Virus record (IMG/VR): IMGVR_UViG_3300035208_002853
Coordinates: 24,033 to 88,032 of that record
Origin: a virus
Taxonomy: Duplodnaviria > Heunggongvirae > Uroviricota > Caudoviricetes
Direction: 5' to 3' (one strand)
Length of the DNA stretch: 64,000 nucleotides
Positions 48,826-60,251 of this stretch are shown here, piece after piece. Position 1 is the stretch's first letter; each line of letters opens with the position of its first letter. The notes beneath the pieces were generated by a model. That model saw only the letters and a program-made list of their open reading frames with translations, made no database searches and was not told where the DNA came from. The position numbers and the translations under genes are program-made.

Positions 48826-49278
48826 TTGGTAAATAAAATAAAGATCACTATTACATCAATAGACAGAGAGCCTTCTTTTTTGGTAGATGAGTATACCTCA
48901 TCTAGAGAGATAGAGGAATATATTAAAAATAGATATGGGGCTCAGGCACCTCCCAAGAAAGGTATGCAGGCTAAGAAACATGAGTGGATTTCTCAAAAGT
49001 CCGAGAGGACTAGAGATAACAGCCTATATCTAGAAGAAGAGATTTCACAATTAAGAGAGCAGATCGCGCTACAGGAAAGGGAAGAAAAGAGATTAAAACA
49101 AGCAATTAAAAACCTGAATAAATGTCTAGTGCAGGCCCACACAAAGATATACTACATAGATAGGACACAAAACATCAATTGGTTAGATAACGTTCCATCT
49201 AAAGAAGACATAAAATCAGCAAAGTTGAAAACAGAAGAGATTCTAATTAGACTGAAATTGGAAGACATAGAAAAATAA
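48826..49278 (+). CDS. coiled-coil hypothetical protein
   Basis: TTG start per ORF track; Glu/Lys/Arg-rich heptads. Confidence 0.4.
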   Translation: MVNKIKITITSIDREPSFLVDEYTSSREIEEYIKNRYGAQAPPKKGMQAKKHEWISQKSERTRDNSLYLEEEISQLREQIALQEREEKRLKQAIKNLNKCLVQAHTKIYYIDRTQNINWLDNVPSKEDIKSAKLKTEEILIRLKLEDIEK

Positions 49279-52200
49279 TATTTTTTTTAAATCCTGCGAG
49301 GTCGGAAAATCTCCTGCGGATGTTTTTGGGTCCGTATTAGGGGCTGTTTAAATTTATAAATTTTAATTAAAATAGTATGTTTTTTTTAAATGGTTTATTT
49401 ATAACGATTGTTCATAATTTCCCAGACTTTTATTCTTCCTCTTCTTTATTTCTAAAGAATATTCCTTTTTTCTCCTTAGAATATCGTCCTTTATAGATGC
49501 TTCTAATCCGTTTAAGAGGTGAAGCAAGTACTGACTAGGAAGAGTCTTCGCGACTTCGGGTAGGTCGATAAATAGTCTACTATATTGAGATATTAGACGA
49601 ACCCTGTCATTTGGATGCCTATTGGGGACACTAAATTCTTCTTCAAAGTAAAGTAGCTCACCTACTGGATCTAATAAAAAAGAATCTTTAATTTGCATTA
49701 TTCCTTCTCCCCTTTAATCTTCTTTTCAATCATTTCTATCTCTGCCGAATTTGCAGCGCCAAGAGTGTCATGTAGAAATTCATTAATACTCAGGGCCGCA
49801 TTATAATCTATAAGTGCATTTTTCTTATAAGTCGGATCTTTAAGGACTTCTGAGATCTCAATACCATAATCCGCTCTATTGACACATGCCACGGAATATT
49901 CCTTTAAAATGTTTATAGCTGTCCTCTTGTGAGATTGAACATTGCTATCATACTCCTCTTTGGCACTAAATATTGCGTCTTTTACCATTTCAAGAGCCAT
50001 AGGTTTAGTCCTCCTTTATTGTAACATATTTTATATCTTTAACGCCCCAGCTAAGATGCTCGTATACTTCAATTATATCCCGATAAATCCATATTCGAGT
50101 CCCATCTTGTCTCATTCTTTCCGTTGTTATTCTGGTTGCACCATCTCTTAAGAGGTGATAATAATCTCTAGAATCTACAAGGCTCCATTTTTCATCACTC
50201 ATTTTAATCACTTCCAATTGAATATAGCCTTGCATCATCAGGTTTCTTTAGTCTGTTCCCGTCTTTATCATAAAATCCCTCCAGATCTAATCCGACAACC
50301 GCATCAAGAAATTCTTGGTCCTTAGAGGCTACCGTATCCAATCCTATTAAACCTAGAGATACAATTCTTTTAACCCCTAGTCCCTCATTTAACATATGTT
50401 TAATCTCAATTATTTCAAGACCACGTATAACACCAATCATTTCCTCATAAATATGCAAATTCTTAAGACTCATGTTTTATTTCTCCTTTTATTTTTGCCA
50501 TTATCAAACTGACATCATCATCTCTTCTGAGATCGTGAAGCCTCCATTTTAAATAAGCGGCCTCTAAAGCATGTTTTCTAGTGAAATAAATATCCCCTCT
50601 TCTCAAATATCCAGACCATCCAGTTTTTGGTTCATCTACGAATACCCATGTTTCACTATCAGCAGGAGTACATTCCTGAGAGATTACATAAGGTTCCGGC
50701 TCTTGGACTTCCCAATATCTTATTGGGACCCTAAAAATGGGAGAACCTATGGGGTAATTGGTCATTTTTGGGACTCCAATAATCCGTTATATGCCTTTTC
50801 TAGAGCCACCAACGGACTAATACTATCATATCCTAAACTACAATCATAAATTGTCGGGCCATAATTAATTTGGGATCTCCAGATTGGAGAACCATTAGCA
50901 TCCTCAATGATAGAAATAGAAGGAAAAAATCCTTCCTCTTTTATCTTGTTTAATAATTGTTCCATTTTTAATCACTCTCCGCCATCGTCTTATCTTCTTT
51001 GGGAGCTAAAGTAATTTCTTTCAATATTCTAATCACTTCCCTAGATTTTTCGTGATAATGCTCATCAAGGCAGGTAAATTCGCCTCCATCATCATAAATT
51101 CTAGTTACTATTTCAAGTAGCAAATCTAGTGTGAAGTCCCGATCGCTCATCTCAGCATCCATATCGAGAATGAATTCAATCATCTCTTTATCTGAGAATT
51201 TATGAACTAGGGAATAAATTAGATCATCCCTGTCAATTTTTGCTTCTACGGGAACCATCATCTCAACACCGCCATCAACATTCCTAATGGGTCTAATTCT
51301 TGGACGTTTTCTTCCTTAAACTCTTCGTCCTTAAACGGACAAGAGGAGCAAACAAAACCCTCATTAAATTGGTAGGGCCATATTCCTGCGTGAGATGGCA
51401 ATCTCCGAAGGGAAATTGAAAACTCCATATATTTATCTGGATTCGCTTTAATTTCATCCACATCAAACTTTCTTACACATGAGATGTGACAATCTCCCGG
51501 AACTGGTTTTGAATATTTACACATGATTAACCTCCACTTCAATGTTAAACCTATCTTTGTTGTGATACACGAGATCTCCAACCGCTTCTAGGATGTTTAT
51601 TCCAGATCCGTAAACGAACGGATTCTCTTTAAGATGGGCTCGGAAAGCGTTACGGTTAAAATCTGGATCTAACTTCTCTATTGTAATCGCTATTGTCACA
51701 TTCAAAACTCCTTGTTAAGGATCATTTCTATTAAGTTTATTTCTACATCTCTCATTAATTGATATCCTGCGGCCATTTCATCGCATCGGTCATCCTCGTT
51801 TCTCGCCCTTTCTTTTTCCTCTTTAAGTCCTCGAAGTTTTTCAAATTTTGCTTCATATTTTTGAAGACTAGCTATGGCTTCATTGAGTATATATTTATTG
51901 CATTCAGGAATTATTACCGACATATCTAAGGTTGATTGTGCTTTAAGTGATCCGTACATTTTTTATCTCTCCTCTTTCAATTTTCCTGCGGGAATAAATT
52001 AGGTCCGTATAAGGACCATTTTCCTAAATTCTAAAATTTAAAGATAATTCGCAAACTCCCATTTGTTAATGGTTTCTCCTTTTCCGTTTTTTAGTACGGC
52101 TATATTAAAGTTGTTAACTCCTGGAATATTTTGGGCATCCAACAGAGTTGAAAACACTTGTTCCGCCTCTTCTACGCTATTAACTTTAATTTCTCCAGGG

Positions 52201-52483
52201 GCATAACCCTTTTGGTTTACATAGAGGGTCATGGGTTGCTGTTGAGACTCACTAACCTTCTCTATTAATTGGAAGGTTCCAGATAGTCTAAGCATTACAG
52301 ATAATTCCCCGCATCTCTGAGTAAAATCCGCGAAAGTATTCTTTGGAATTTTCCAAGATGGGTCCATTCCGATTAGAATTCTCTTCTTAGATTCCTCCAG
52401 ATCGGCCATTATTCCGTCTATTTGCCGCCCTAGAGATTCCTGCAACATTTTAGTTTCGAAATCGTGTTCTTCCTTAGTTCTTG

Positions 52484-52948
52484 TCATTTTTCAGCCACCA
52501 TATCAATATACCAATTTCCATCAATTGCGCTTTCACAAGTTCGATTCACTCGAATCTTCGGCCTCTCATGGATTATCTCAAAATGTTTGCAATACCTGTA
52601 GAACTCTCCTCTATATTTATTATGTTCGGGATAATATTCTGTGTAATCGTGGCCTTTATGGGCCTCTCCTTCGCAGACTAAATACTTATAGGGGCAAGTA
52701 TTTGGACACCCCTCGCTGATTATGGGAGTCAACCAGGACTCTTTACTATTAAGAGATCCAGTATAGAATTCTCCATAATGGCGGCATTCGCCGCCCTTGG
52801 CGAGACAGACTAATTTTTCTATGCCTCCGGCTGCGCCTTCGGTTTCTAGCGTATGCGACCTCTTTTTATCTGGATTTGTGAGAAATCCCGCTCTGCCTGT
52901 AGGATCTTGAAGGATCATTGCCTGTAGTAAACCTGCTTCTTCGGACAT
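52484..52948 (-). CDS. Cys-rich hypothetical protein
   Basis: 154-aa ORF with many Cys/His. Confidence 0.35.
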   Translation of the reverse strand: MSEEAGLLQAMILQDPTGRAGFLTNPDKKRSHTLETEGAAGGIEKLVCLAKGGECRHYGEFYTGSLNSKESWLTPIISEGCPNTCPYKYLVCEGEAHKGHDYTEYYPEHNKYRGEFYRYCKHFEIIHERPKIRVNRTCESAIDGNWYIDMVAEK

Positions 52949-53177
52949 TTAATCCCACTTCCTCCCGCCTCTTTCCAGTTGTTCGATCTGGATTAATCCT
53001 GCGCCAGTTAAAGTACCGTCAACTACGTACTCTTTGTCTATATTAATTTGACACCGATCTACTTTAGCTCCCAAATTAGTTAAGGTGGTCCAAGCCTCTT
53101 CTCTCGATTTGGAAAATACTATAAGATACAAATTCCCATCGCCATTTCCCAAAAATTTATTAATTCTTCTCTCCATC

Positions 53178-54464
53178 TTAAATCACCATCCTCCTCTTAT
53201 ATTCTTCAACTTCTGCCCTTACTTCATCTGGATTGTTAACATGAGTTAAATAGTCTTCCAGAAGATCCGCCTCACCCGCGAGTTCTGCAATCCATTCTAT
53301 ATGTTTTTCCTTCTTCTCCTGTTCATCCGCGAGAGACGAAATATCTCTCATAAAGTCGGACAAATGGGGAAGATTGAACTCGTTATAGATTAGAGTACCA
53401 TATATTCCTCTCAATTGAATTGCATCGGGAGATCTGGTTACTCCCATCGGATTTACAAATAATTGCCATCCTGAGAGGGTTACTATGAATGATCCCTTAT
53501 TTTCTTCCTTATACTGTATTGTACCATCCCAGAACTTTGTATCGTCCCAGAACAAAACCATCTTGTTCTTTTCTTTGGATTCTATATTATAATTTTGTGA
53601 TCTAGAGTAGTACCCGTTGAGAGTATCTTCTCTTATCAGTCTGAAGTCAAACACAGATTCTAAATCATCACTTGCAGATTGAACCTCGTCATTAAATTTT
53701 TCAATTTGTGATCTAGAGTAGTACCCGTTGAGAGTATCCTCTCCTATCAGTCTAAAGTCAAATACAGATTCTAGATCATCACTCGCAGATTGGACCTCAT
53801 CATTAAATTTTTCAATTTGAGGAATCCACTCTTGGATAATTTTGTTTTTATTCCTGTCGTTGTATACCTTCGCATCCTCTAGAGTTTTAAAACTCTTAAA
53901 TTTAAGAATAGCATCATGTTCAGGAAAATGCTCATTAAATTGGGTTGCGATCCCGAGCATTCTATTGATCATGTCCTTAAATCTATAATGGGCGTAGATA
54001 CCTACTACGTAGTCTATTTTGTTGGTGGGCTTGTCGGTTAGTGAGTAGGTTGCAATAACCTTCACCAAGGGGGTTTCATACAATACCTCTTCATTGGCTG
54101 ATCCTGAAGAATTACAACGGTACGAAATATGGCTATCCCGCTGGAAATTACCCATAGTCGGAATGGAATGTTTCAAACTCGCGAGGGTTATTTGTTTCCT
54201 GAATAAATCCTCTTGATCTGAGAGAAAATTCCTAATTCCATCAATTTGTTCGTTCTTCGCCCTATAAGATTTATCCCTCTGGAGGTGATTTTCTCCCTCT
54301 AGGGACTGAATAGCCCATCTCTGCTCTTGGAGTTGGGATGCCCTAGAATTAAATCCAAGTTCATCAATAGTCCACTGAGATTCAATGGCTTTCTTCTCTT
54401 CATCGGACTTAATTCTCTGCTCTAGGATTTCTTCAATGGTGGGTATCATAACTTCAGTCTCCAA
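53178..54464 (-). CDS. hypothetical 428-aa protein containing an internal 37-aa tandem duplication
   Basis: ...IEKFNDEVQSASDDLESVFDFRLI(G/R)EDTLNGYYSRSQ x2; upstream ATGTATAGTATATACTG motif. Confidence 0.45.
   Translation of the reverse strand: METEVMIPTIEEILEQRIKSDEEKKAIESQWTIDELGFNSRASQLQEQRWAIQSLEGENHLQRDKSYRAKNEQIDGIRNFLSDQEDLFRKQITLASLKHSIPTMGNFQRDSHISYRCNSSGSANEEVLYETPLVKVIATYSLTDKPTNKIDYVVGIYAHYRFKDMINRMLGIATQFNEHFPEHDAILKFKSFKTLEDAKVYNDRNKNKIIQEWIPQIEKFNDEVQSASDDLESVFDFRLIGEDTLNGYYSRSQIEKFNDEVQSASDDLESVFDFRLIREDTLNGYYSRSQNYNIESKEKNKMVLFWDDTKFWDGTIQYKEENKGSFIVTLSGWQLFVNPMGVTRSPDAIQLRGIYGTLIYNEFNLPHLSDFMRDISSLADEQEKKEKHIEWIAELAGEADLLEDYLTHVNNPDEVRAEVEEYKRRMVI
53598..53819. repeat. 2 x 111-bp in-frame tandem duplication inside CDS
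   Basis: Second copy starts at 53709; about 10 mismatches in 111 bp. Confidence 0.7.
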
Positions 54465-54509
54465 CGCGCCCTCGCCTTTCAGGCTCAGTATATACTATAC
54501 ATGGCTAGG

Positions 54510-54833
54510 TTAAATAGTTGTTGGTAGTAGACTTTTAAGAAACTCAATTTCCATTTTAACTAACCTCTCACACTCTGGACAATAAATAACATCTCCATCT
54601 ATATAATCCATTTCGTGTTCATCGGTAATATGTTCCTGCCAGTCGTTATAAGGAGTGTTTTCACAACACCTTTCTCCTGTTTTATTAGAAATCGGGCACC
54701 CATCACATTCTATGTCCCAAAACAGTTGACACAGAGGGCAATTAGAGGGTCCCTTATCCCTTCCAATTCCCGCCAAAATGTTTTCATGTTTTTTAATGCT
54801 GCCCTGTAGGGCTTCTAATGTTTCAGCGTCCAT
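54510..54833 (-). CDS. Zn-binding hypothetical protein
   Basis: CPLCQ...CDGCP...CPECE. Confidence 0.4.
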   Translation of the reverse strand: MDAETLEALQGSIKKHENILAGIGRDKGPSNCPLCQLFWDIECDGCPISNKTGERCCENTPYNDWQEHITDEHEMDYIDGDVIYCPECERLVKMEIEFLKSLLPTTI

Positions 54834-55498
54834 GTTTATTCTCCTCTTTAAATTTTCTAAACTGCTCAGTATTCCTACAAGTCTCCTCTAGGAAAGAAGA
54901 AACTTTTCCCTTTTCCAAAGAGTCCAAAAATCTATGGAATTCTCCAGAAAACGATACTTGTCGATTGGTATGTTTCTTGTCTGGATCTAGAAGGCGGACG
55001 GCACTCATGGCAGGGCCACCTTCGCGGGACAATGTATTTTATAATTGCATTCATAACATTCTTGGATATCGGTCCCATCTGGACGGCAACATCCTTCTAC
55101 TTTTCCCAAATCATTATACATTTCGCGGTAAATAACGCCATCGAGTAAAAAATTTACCATAATTTAGATCTCCTCCGGCCAATGTCTAACTCCGGGAAAT
55201 ACACCATCGCACTTTTCACATTCCACTTGGCACTCCGTCCAAGAATCAAAAACTTTAGATCCTAATTGTAGATGACCTCGACCGTTTCTCCACGCTATTT
55301 TATATTTCTTTTGGGGAGGAAATTTTAGAGCATATAAAACCCAATTATTATGAGTAGCTTCTCCGTTCGCAATAGACAAATCGATAAATTCTCTAAGCCT
55401 TCGGTCGCAGTCCTCGTATTTACTCTTCCATTGGTCCCTCTCTATCCTTAATCGGTCAATCTCTTCGCAGAGATCGGACACAACGACATCAATTGATT

Positions 55499-55930
55499 TC
55501 ATCCATTTATCACCCGATCGATCTCTTTAATTTTCGCGTTGATTTCTGATTTAGGCGCGTTATTTTTTCGTAATGTATTTAATTCGGTTTCTAAATCATA
55601 AATCCGTTTTCGCTCGTTTTGAAATAGTGGCGCTACTTGCCGCTTGGTAGGGCATTTCTCGTTTGCCCGATGAGAGTAGGCACAATGCGGGCAAGGCGAT
55701 TCGGACGCATCGTCTTCAGATGCCTGATATGTTTCATAATTACCACCGTCTAGCCACCCAGTATCTAGCGCCTTAGTTTCTGGTCCGATTACTGTTTCTA
55801 TTCTGTCTGGTCTAAAACGCGAATCGTTAAAGTCGCGAGCAACTTTCGCCCAGAATTCGCTTGTAACCATAAATTTTTTGTGACCGTCCAGAATTTTAAT
55901 CTGGAGATAACCTTCTATTCCTGTAGCCAT
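55499..55930 (-). CDS. hypothetical protein
   Basis: ORF behind composite promoter AACTATAAATAGG ... ACATATTAGAGG. Confidence 0.4.
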   Translation of the reverse strand: MATGIEGYLQIKILDGHKKFMVTSEFWAKVARDFNDSRFRPDRIETVIGPETKALDTGWLDGGNYETYQASEDDASESPCPHCAYSHRANEKCPTKRQVAPLFQNERKRIYDLETELNTLRKNNAPKSEINAKIKEIDRVING

Positions 55931-55995
55931 ATTACTTGCCTCTAATATGTATAGTATAGTCTATCCTATTTATAGTTAACGGGACCTAAAAAAAA

Positions 55996-56030
55996 AATGA
56001 AATAGAGATGAGTTTACAACTCATCTAGCA
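55996..56030 (-). terminator. rho-independent-type terminator (minus strand) overlapping the stop of 56014..56397
   Basis: 9-bp stem AGATGAGTT/AACTCATCT with 3-nt loop, followed on the minus strand by a T10 run. Confidence 0.4.
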
Positions 56031-56397
56031 TCTTCTTCAGGTCTGCCTCTGAAAGGCTCTGTAGGGCTTCGTCCTGCTTTGCTACAAGGATACCCATGAT
56101 CTTCTGTCTCTTCTGTTTCTTCTCCTTCTCTAGTTCTCTAGCGGTCATCTCAGCGAGCTTAACTTCTACAATATGCCTAACTATAGCTATCTGAAGTTCA
56201 AGGTCCGTATCAGCCTTATTCTTTGTGCCAAGTAAACTTTCTCCCTCGGAAGTCTTTAGGCTCTTATTCAAAAACTTGAAGATCTTATCAAGTTCCTGAA
56301 CCGACAGGTCCCAAAGATCCTCTACCGATACTATCCCCTTGTAAGGGAATCTAATTCTGTTTCTTGTTGCCTGCTCAAAAATATTAATCTCTACCAT
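56014..56397 (-). CDS. hypothetical protein
   Basis: 127-aa ORF, charged helical C-terminus. Confidence 0.4.
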   Translation of the reverse strand: MVEINIFEQATRNRIRFPYKGIVSVEDLWDLSVQELDKIFKFLNKSLKTSEGESLLGTKNKADTDLELQIAIVRHIVEVKLAEMTARELEKEKKQKRQKIMGILVAKQDEALQSLSEADLKKMLDEL

Positions 56398-56399
56398 TT

Positions 56400-58460
56400 C
56401 TAAAACACCACCTTAATTACTCTGTTTACGTGGCCTTCTACGTGGACCACTAATTCGTTCCTTTGCGTCGATGAGAATCCAAGGCCCGATAACTGATCCT
56501 CGGACGGGGCGACTCTCATCTTAGATCCAAGGGCTTCAAATACCCTTTTATGGACCAATAGATCTTCTTTCAAATACTCGTTAAAGAAGCCGTTGGGTTG
56601 TTCCTCGTTTTTACATCCCTTCAACATGAAGAAATAATGCTTATTTCCTATGCCTTCTTGGTTGTTCCAATGATTGGGGGAGTACATTATTGCCTGTACT
56701 GGCTGGAATTGGTTTGTATCCAGGCCCCACAGATTTCTTGAAGCGAAACTAAAGGGGATTTTTTCTGTGAGAGTAAACTGTCCCGTCTTTTTACTGTAAG
56801 TAACTTCTGCTACTTGAACTTTTTCTCCATGCCGAAGTTCCTTATTGTATGCAAAGCTATAAATTTGCCCATTAAATTCTATTTCCGCTGTAAATCCGGA
56901 TCTTCCTCCGTTATGACTATAGTTGTGGACATAGAATATATATGTTCCCTCTGGCATCTTGGATTTGTTAGACCAAGTAATGTTTTCTACGGCTATTCCG
57001 TCTTTGGTCTGAGTTCGCGGGGATATAATATCTACGTCCAGTTCGCCACTAGAAGGATGCCCTCTTTTTCTTGCAAAGTAGATCTCGTTTCTTCCTGGCT
57101 CTATGCAATGGGCATCAAAGTCATTCTGGTTATCGCCTTCGGTGTTCCACTGGATAGAGAATCTAAGAACCCCTGTAACATCACCACCCAAAGCTTTTAC
57201 TCTTTGCTTCATAGAGTCCGCTATGTTGCCTCTATAAGCCCACGAAAAGGGATTGTTCCACTTAAACATAGAAGGAGAATCCTTATTTATGGGAGCTATT
57301 AGACTTACAAGATTGCTTCCGTGCTTGTTTTCCAACAGGATTTCAATATTACTTGCAGTTGGCAGGATTTCAGACACAAATGTATCTATCGATACCTCTT
57401 CTACTCTATCAAAGTTCTTAACTTTTACGGGAACTTCTTTCTTTAGATCTGAGAAGGGGTTAGTTCCACCTAATTTCTTCGTTACATCGCGATTTGCAAA
57501 TAAGATATCGTTTATACTGATATCTCCTAGAGTGGCGTGTCTTCTTCCCAAAGAATCAAGATAACCAAGTTCAGTAATTTGTTTCTCGGCAGACTCGATC
57601 ATTCTTGGTGTAACTATTGCCTTGGGACGCTTGTAATTCGTCGGGGCAACTATGGCTTCATATTTTCTTACGGCTTCGTCGAGATCTACACCTTTGGAGA
57701 GATCAATCAAGAGGACACCTATAGAATGGTTCCTAATTTTTCCTACCACAGGCCCGGCGAGAACGGATTGTTCCCAAGTATAAATCTCTTTGCCTCCGGG
57801 CGACAGGAGATCATAATTCGCTTGATGTTTTCCGAATTCAGTAAGAACTCCTTTCCATTCCTCGCCCTTATACAGAGAATTTTGGGAAATTAGCTCAAGT
57901 ACGGATAGTACAGAATCTTCCGTGATTTCGTCCAAAGATCTTTTAAAGACTCCTCTCAGCTCGCTTGCGCGACCACGTACTGTTGCCGCCGTAGCTCTGG
58001 AGCAGTTTACGAGCCTCGCGGGGATCTTAATGTGTAGATGCCCCCATGTAATTATATCACCATTCTCTGTTTTCTCAAAGTTCTTCTCCACCCCAATTTG
58101 AGAAGAATCTATCGTCGCAATGTCTATAACGGGTTGACTGTTAACATATTCTGCCAGGGCCTCAACTACGGGTGCGTATCTTGAATCCTGTGGTAGATCA
58201 AAGTCCCAGATTGTAGTTATTACTCCGTTCTTAATCGAGACTGCGTTGCCGAATTGCTTTACGAAGTGTCGGCAGGAAGAACAGTCATGTTCTGTTCTGG
58301 TCTTTACTATTTCGTTAGTTCCCTTCGGGAAACTACTTAGATACAGGTTCCAGAGAGTATCTCTATCTGCCGATGTTACAAACAGAGATTTTACATCTTT
58401 CGTCATGAGGTTTACGTGTTCCCTCATGGCGGATTCTAGTGTCGAAAAGTTGTCTTTCAT
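56400..58460 (-). CDS. large hypothetical protein (686 aa), candidate late/structural gene
   Basis: Strong composite promoter (AACTATAAATACTAATC ... TAGTACATATTAG) and GTGAGGAGA SD; no motif recognised. Confidence 0.45.
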   Translation of the reverse strand: MKDNFSTLESAMREHVNLMTKDVKSLFVTSADRDTLWNLYLSSFPKGTNEIVKTRTEHDCSSCRHFVKQFGNAVSIKNGVITTIWDFDLPQDSRYAPVVEALAEYVNSQPVIDIATIDSSQIGVEKNFEKTENGDIITWGHLHIKIPARLVNCSRATAATVRGRASELRGVFKRSLDEITEDSVLSVLELISQNSLYKGEEWKGVLTEFGKHQANYDLLSPGGKEIYTWEQSVLAGPVVGKIRNHSIGVLLIDLSKGVDLDEAVRKYEAIVAPTNYKRPKAIVTPRMIESAEKQITELGYLDSLGRRHATLGDISINDILFANRDVTKKLGGTNPFSDLKKEVPVKVKNFDRVEEVSIDTFVSEILPTASNIEILLENKHGSNLVSLIAPINKDSPSMFKWNNPFSWAYRGNIADSMKQRVKALGGDVTGVLRFSIQWNTEGDNQNDFDAHCIEPGRNEIYFARKRGHPSSGELDVDIISPRTQTKDGIAVENITWSNKSKMPEGTYIFYVHNYSHNGGRSGFTAEIEFNGQIYSFAYNKELRHGEKVQVAEVTYSKKTGQFTLTEKIPFSFASRNLWGLDTNQFQPVQAIMYSPNHWNNQEGIGNKHYFFMLKGCKNEEQPNGFFNEYLKEDLLVHKRVFEALGSKMRVAPSEDQLSGLGFSSTQRNELVVHVEGHVNRVIKVVF

Positions 58461-58495
58461 ATATATGTCTCCTCACTAATATGTACTATACATAC

Positions 58496-58518
58496 GATTA
58501 GTATTTATAGTTTACGAC
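58496..58518 (-). promoter_or_regulatory. promoter-like AACTATAAATACTAATC (minus sense) for the 686-aa gene
   Basis: TAAATA family plus conserved downstream TACATATTAG element shared with the 55930 gene. Confidence 0.4.
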
Positions 58519-58691
58519 ACGTCCAAAGACTATAAATAGAACAAACGCCATATCTTAGAATTAGAGGCTAGGGCAGAGGGATACCCTTCCCACGATCAGC
58601 CGTTTGGTCCCTGGCCTCTCGTTATTCTCTTTTTTTAATGTTTATTTGGTAGACCGACAGGTATTTAAGCTTGGGATGTATAGTATATGGT

Positions 58692-58946
58692 ATGCCGACA
58701 AGGAAGGAATCGTTCTCGACAGTAATAGAAACGTGCTGCCACCATGTAAAAATCGCATACTGGGACATCGAACAAGAATTGACTGAGGATTTAAAAGAAT
58801 CCTTGACCGAACACGGAGAGGAGAGAGCGAAAGAACGTATAAACAACGACTGTAGCAGCGGGGAACTCAACTGCTATTATGTAGATCATGACGGAAACGA
58901 TGAAGAAATCCGCGGCTGGTGGAAGATTATTACTGAGGAGGATTAA
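58692..58946 (+). CDS. hypothetical acidic protein
   Basis: Start re-assigned to ATG right after the ATGTATAGTATAT motif (track used an upstream TTG). Confidence 0.35.
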   Translation: MPTRKESFSTVIETCCHHVKIAYWDIEQELTEDLKESLTEHGEERAKERINNDCSSGELNCYYVDHDGNDEEIRGWWKIITEED

Positions 58947-58958
58947 ATTATGTCTAAA

Positions 58959-59129
58959 AATGAATTTCCGTGGCAAATAATTGATGACGAGGGAGTTATT
59001 GAAGAAGGGACTGAGGAAGAAGTTCACACTACTTGGATGAGAATGATAAGGGGAGACTACGATTTTTCTGGAATGGCCCCGGCAAGATCGGGAGATATTA
59101 AATTGGTTCAAGTACATGGGGTGATTTAG
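58959..59129 (+). CDS. 56-aa small protein
   Basis: GAGGAGGAT SD, ATG; MSKNEFPWQIIDDEGVIEEG...; overlaps next gene start. Confidence 0.35.
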   Translation, partial: NEFPWQIIDDEGVIEEGTEEEVHTTWMRMIRGDYDFSGMAPARSGDIKLVQVHGVI

Positions 59130-59627
59130 ATGGAATATAACGATAAATTTGACCCCGAAACCCAATTAGAAATCGAGGAAAGAATAGCCTCAATAATATT
59201 TGATACTCTACAAGGAGAGCCGATTACAGAAGAGGCGGCAAACGAATTGGGTAAAATAATTCTGCACTCCATCGTTCCAGACCTCCGCCCAGATCTAGTA
59301 GCAAGAAAATGGATTATATCAGATGGAAATGCGGCGGAAACTCATGAGGACTGGGAACTTCTCTTGCGGACTGCGGAGGAATGGTATATGTATTTGTCGG
59401 AAGAGTCCGCAATTGATGACGACGGGATGGATATCGCCGTCTATGCTCGAAATTTCGATGACATCATAGAGGGCGACCTTGACTCCCTTAATAGCGCAAT
59501 AAAACTTTGGGAAGAAAGAATCGCAGAGGCGGCGGGGTATACGACTTTTACGGGTACTGGGAATTATTCAGTGTCCGCCGCATCGAGGATGGGATTGAAT
59601 TTGACAGTGAGAGAGGTGGAGGAATGA
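59130..59627 (+). CDS. hypothetical acidic protein
   Basis: 165-aa ORF. Confidence 0.4.
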   Translation: MEYNDKFDPETQLEIEERIASIIFDTLQGEPITEEAANELGKIILHSIVPDLRPDLVARKWIISDGNAAETHEDWELLLRTAEEWYMYLSEESAIDDDGMDIAVYARNFDDIIEGDLDSLNSAIKLWEERIAEAAGYTTFTGTGNYSVSAASRMGLNLTVREVEE

Positions 59628-59815
59628 ATCTAATACTATATTTTATAGCCATGATTTTTATCGGGCGATGGGTGACACAAATTCCAATAGCACTTATTAG
59701 AGGATATAATTTAGATGATTTTATTGGAATGTATAAGATGTGTCCCTGGTTTCTTGCCCTAGATATAATTCTAGCAGCGGGATTTGTGGGGTTTGTAATA
59801 TCGACAACTATTTAA
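59624..59815 (+). CDS. small two-TM membrane protein
   Basis: MNLILYFIAMIFIGRW...FLALDIILAAGFVGFVI; ATGA overlap with upstream gene (track ORF over-extended). Confidence 0.4.
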   Translation: MNLILYFIAMIFIGRWVTQIPIALIRGYNLDDFIGMYKMCPWFLALDIILAAGFVGFVISTTI

Positions 59816-59853
59816 GTTAGAAATGTATAGTATATACTGGAGATGTAAATCAC

Positions 59854-60249
59854 ATGGACCTAATTCTAGAAATCAAAAATCAAGAGGATAGGACGCTAAG
59901 TCTATCGAGCGGGAACCAAGTTATTATTGCCACTCCAGACTTAAATGAGAATTATTGGTCTTACAGAGTTAGATTGTCCGATAACCAGGCCGTCCTTGGC
60001 TTTCCAAAAATGGCAACAATTGGAATCGGATTTGAAAAAGAAGAAGATTGGAATACTAATTTGCCTTGGTGGGCTCCTTCAGATAAGATATTGAAGCACA
60101 TAATAGTCAACAAAGGAGATTCGTCTATCGAGAATAAAGATGTCTTAACTGCAATTAAGATGATTAGAGAGTTCATATATCAAAATCTTTCTTGGGCGGA
60201 TCAAGAAAGAGCGTGGAAGTTGAATAGTAATTTAATAGAGGAGGAATAA
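59854..60249 (+). CDS. hypothetical protein
   Basis: ORF preceded by ATGTATAGTATATACTGGAGATG. Confidence 0.4.
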   Translation: MDLILEIKNQEDRTLSLSSGNQVIIATPDLNENYWSYRVRLSDNQAVLGFPKMATIGIGFEKEEDWNTNLPWWAPSDKILKHIIVNKGDSSIENKDVLTAIKMIREFIYQNLSWADQERAWKLNSNLIEEE

Positions 60250-60251
60250 AT

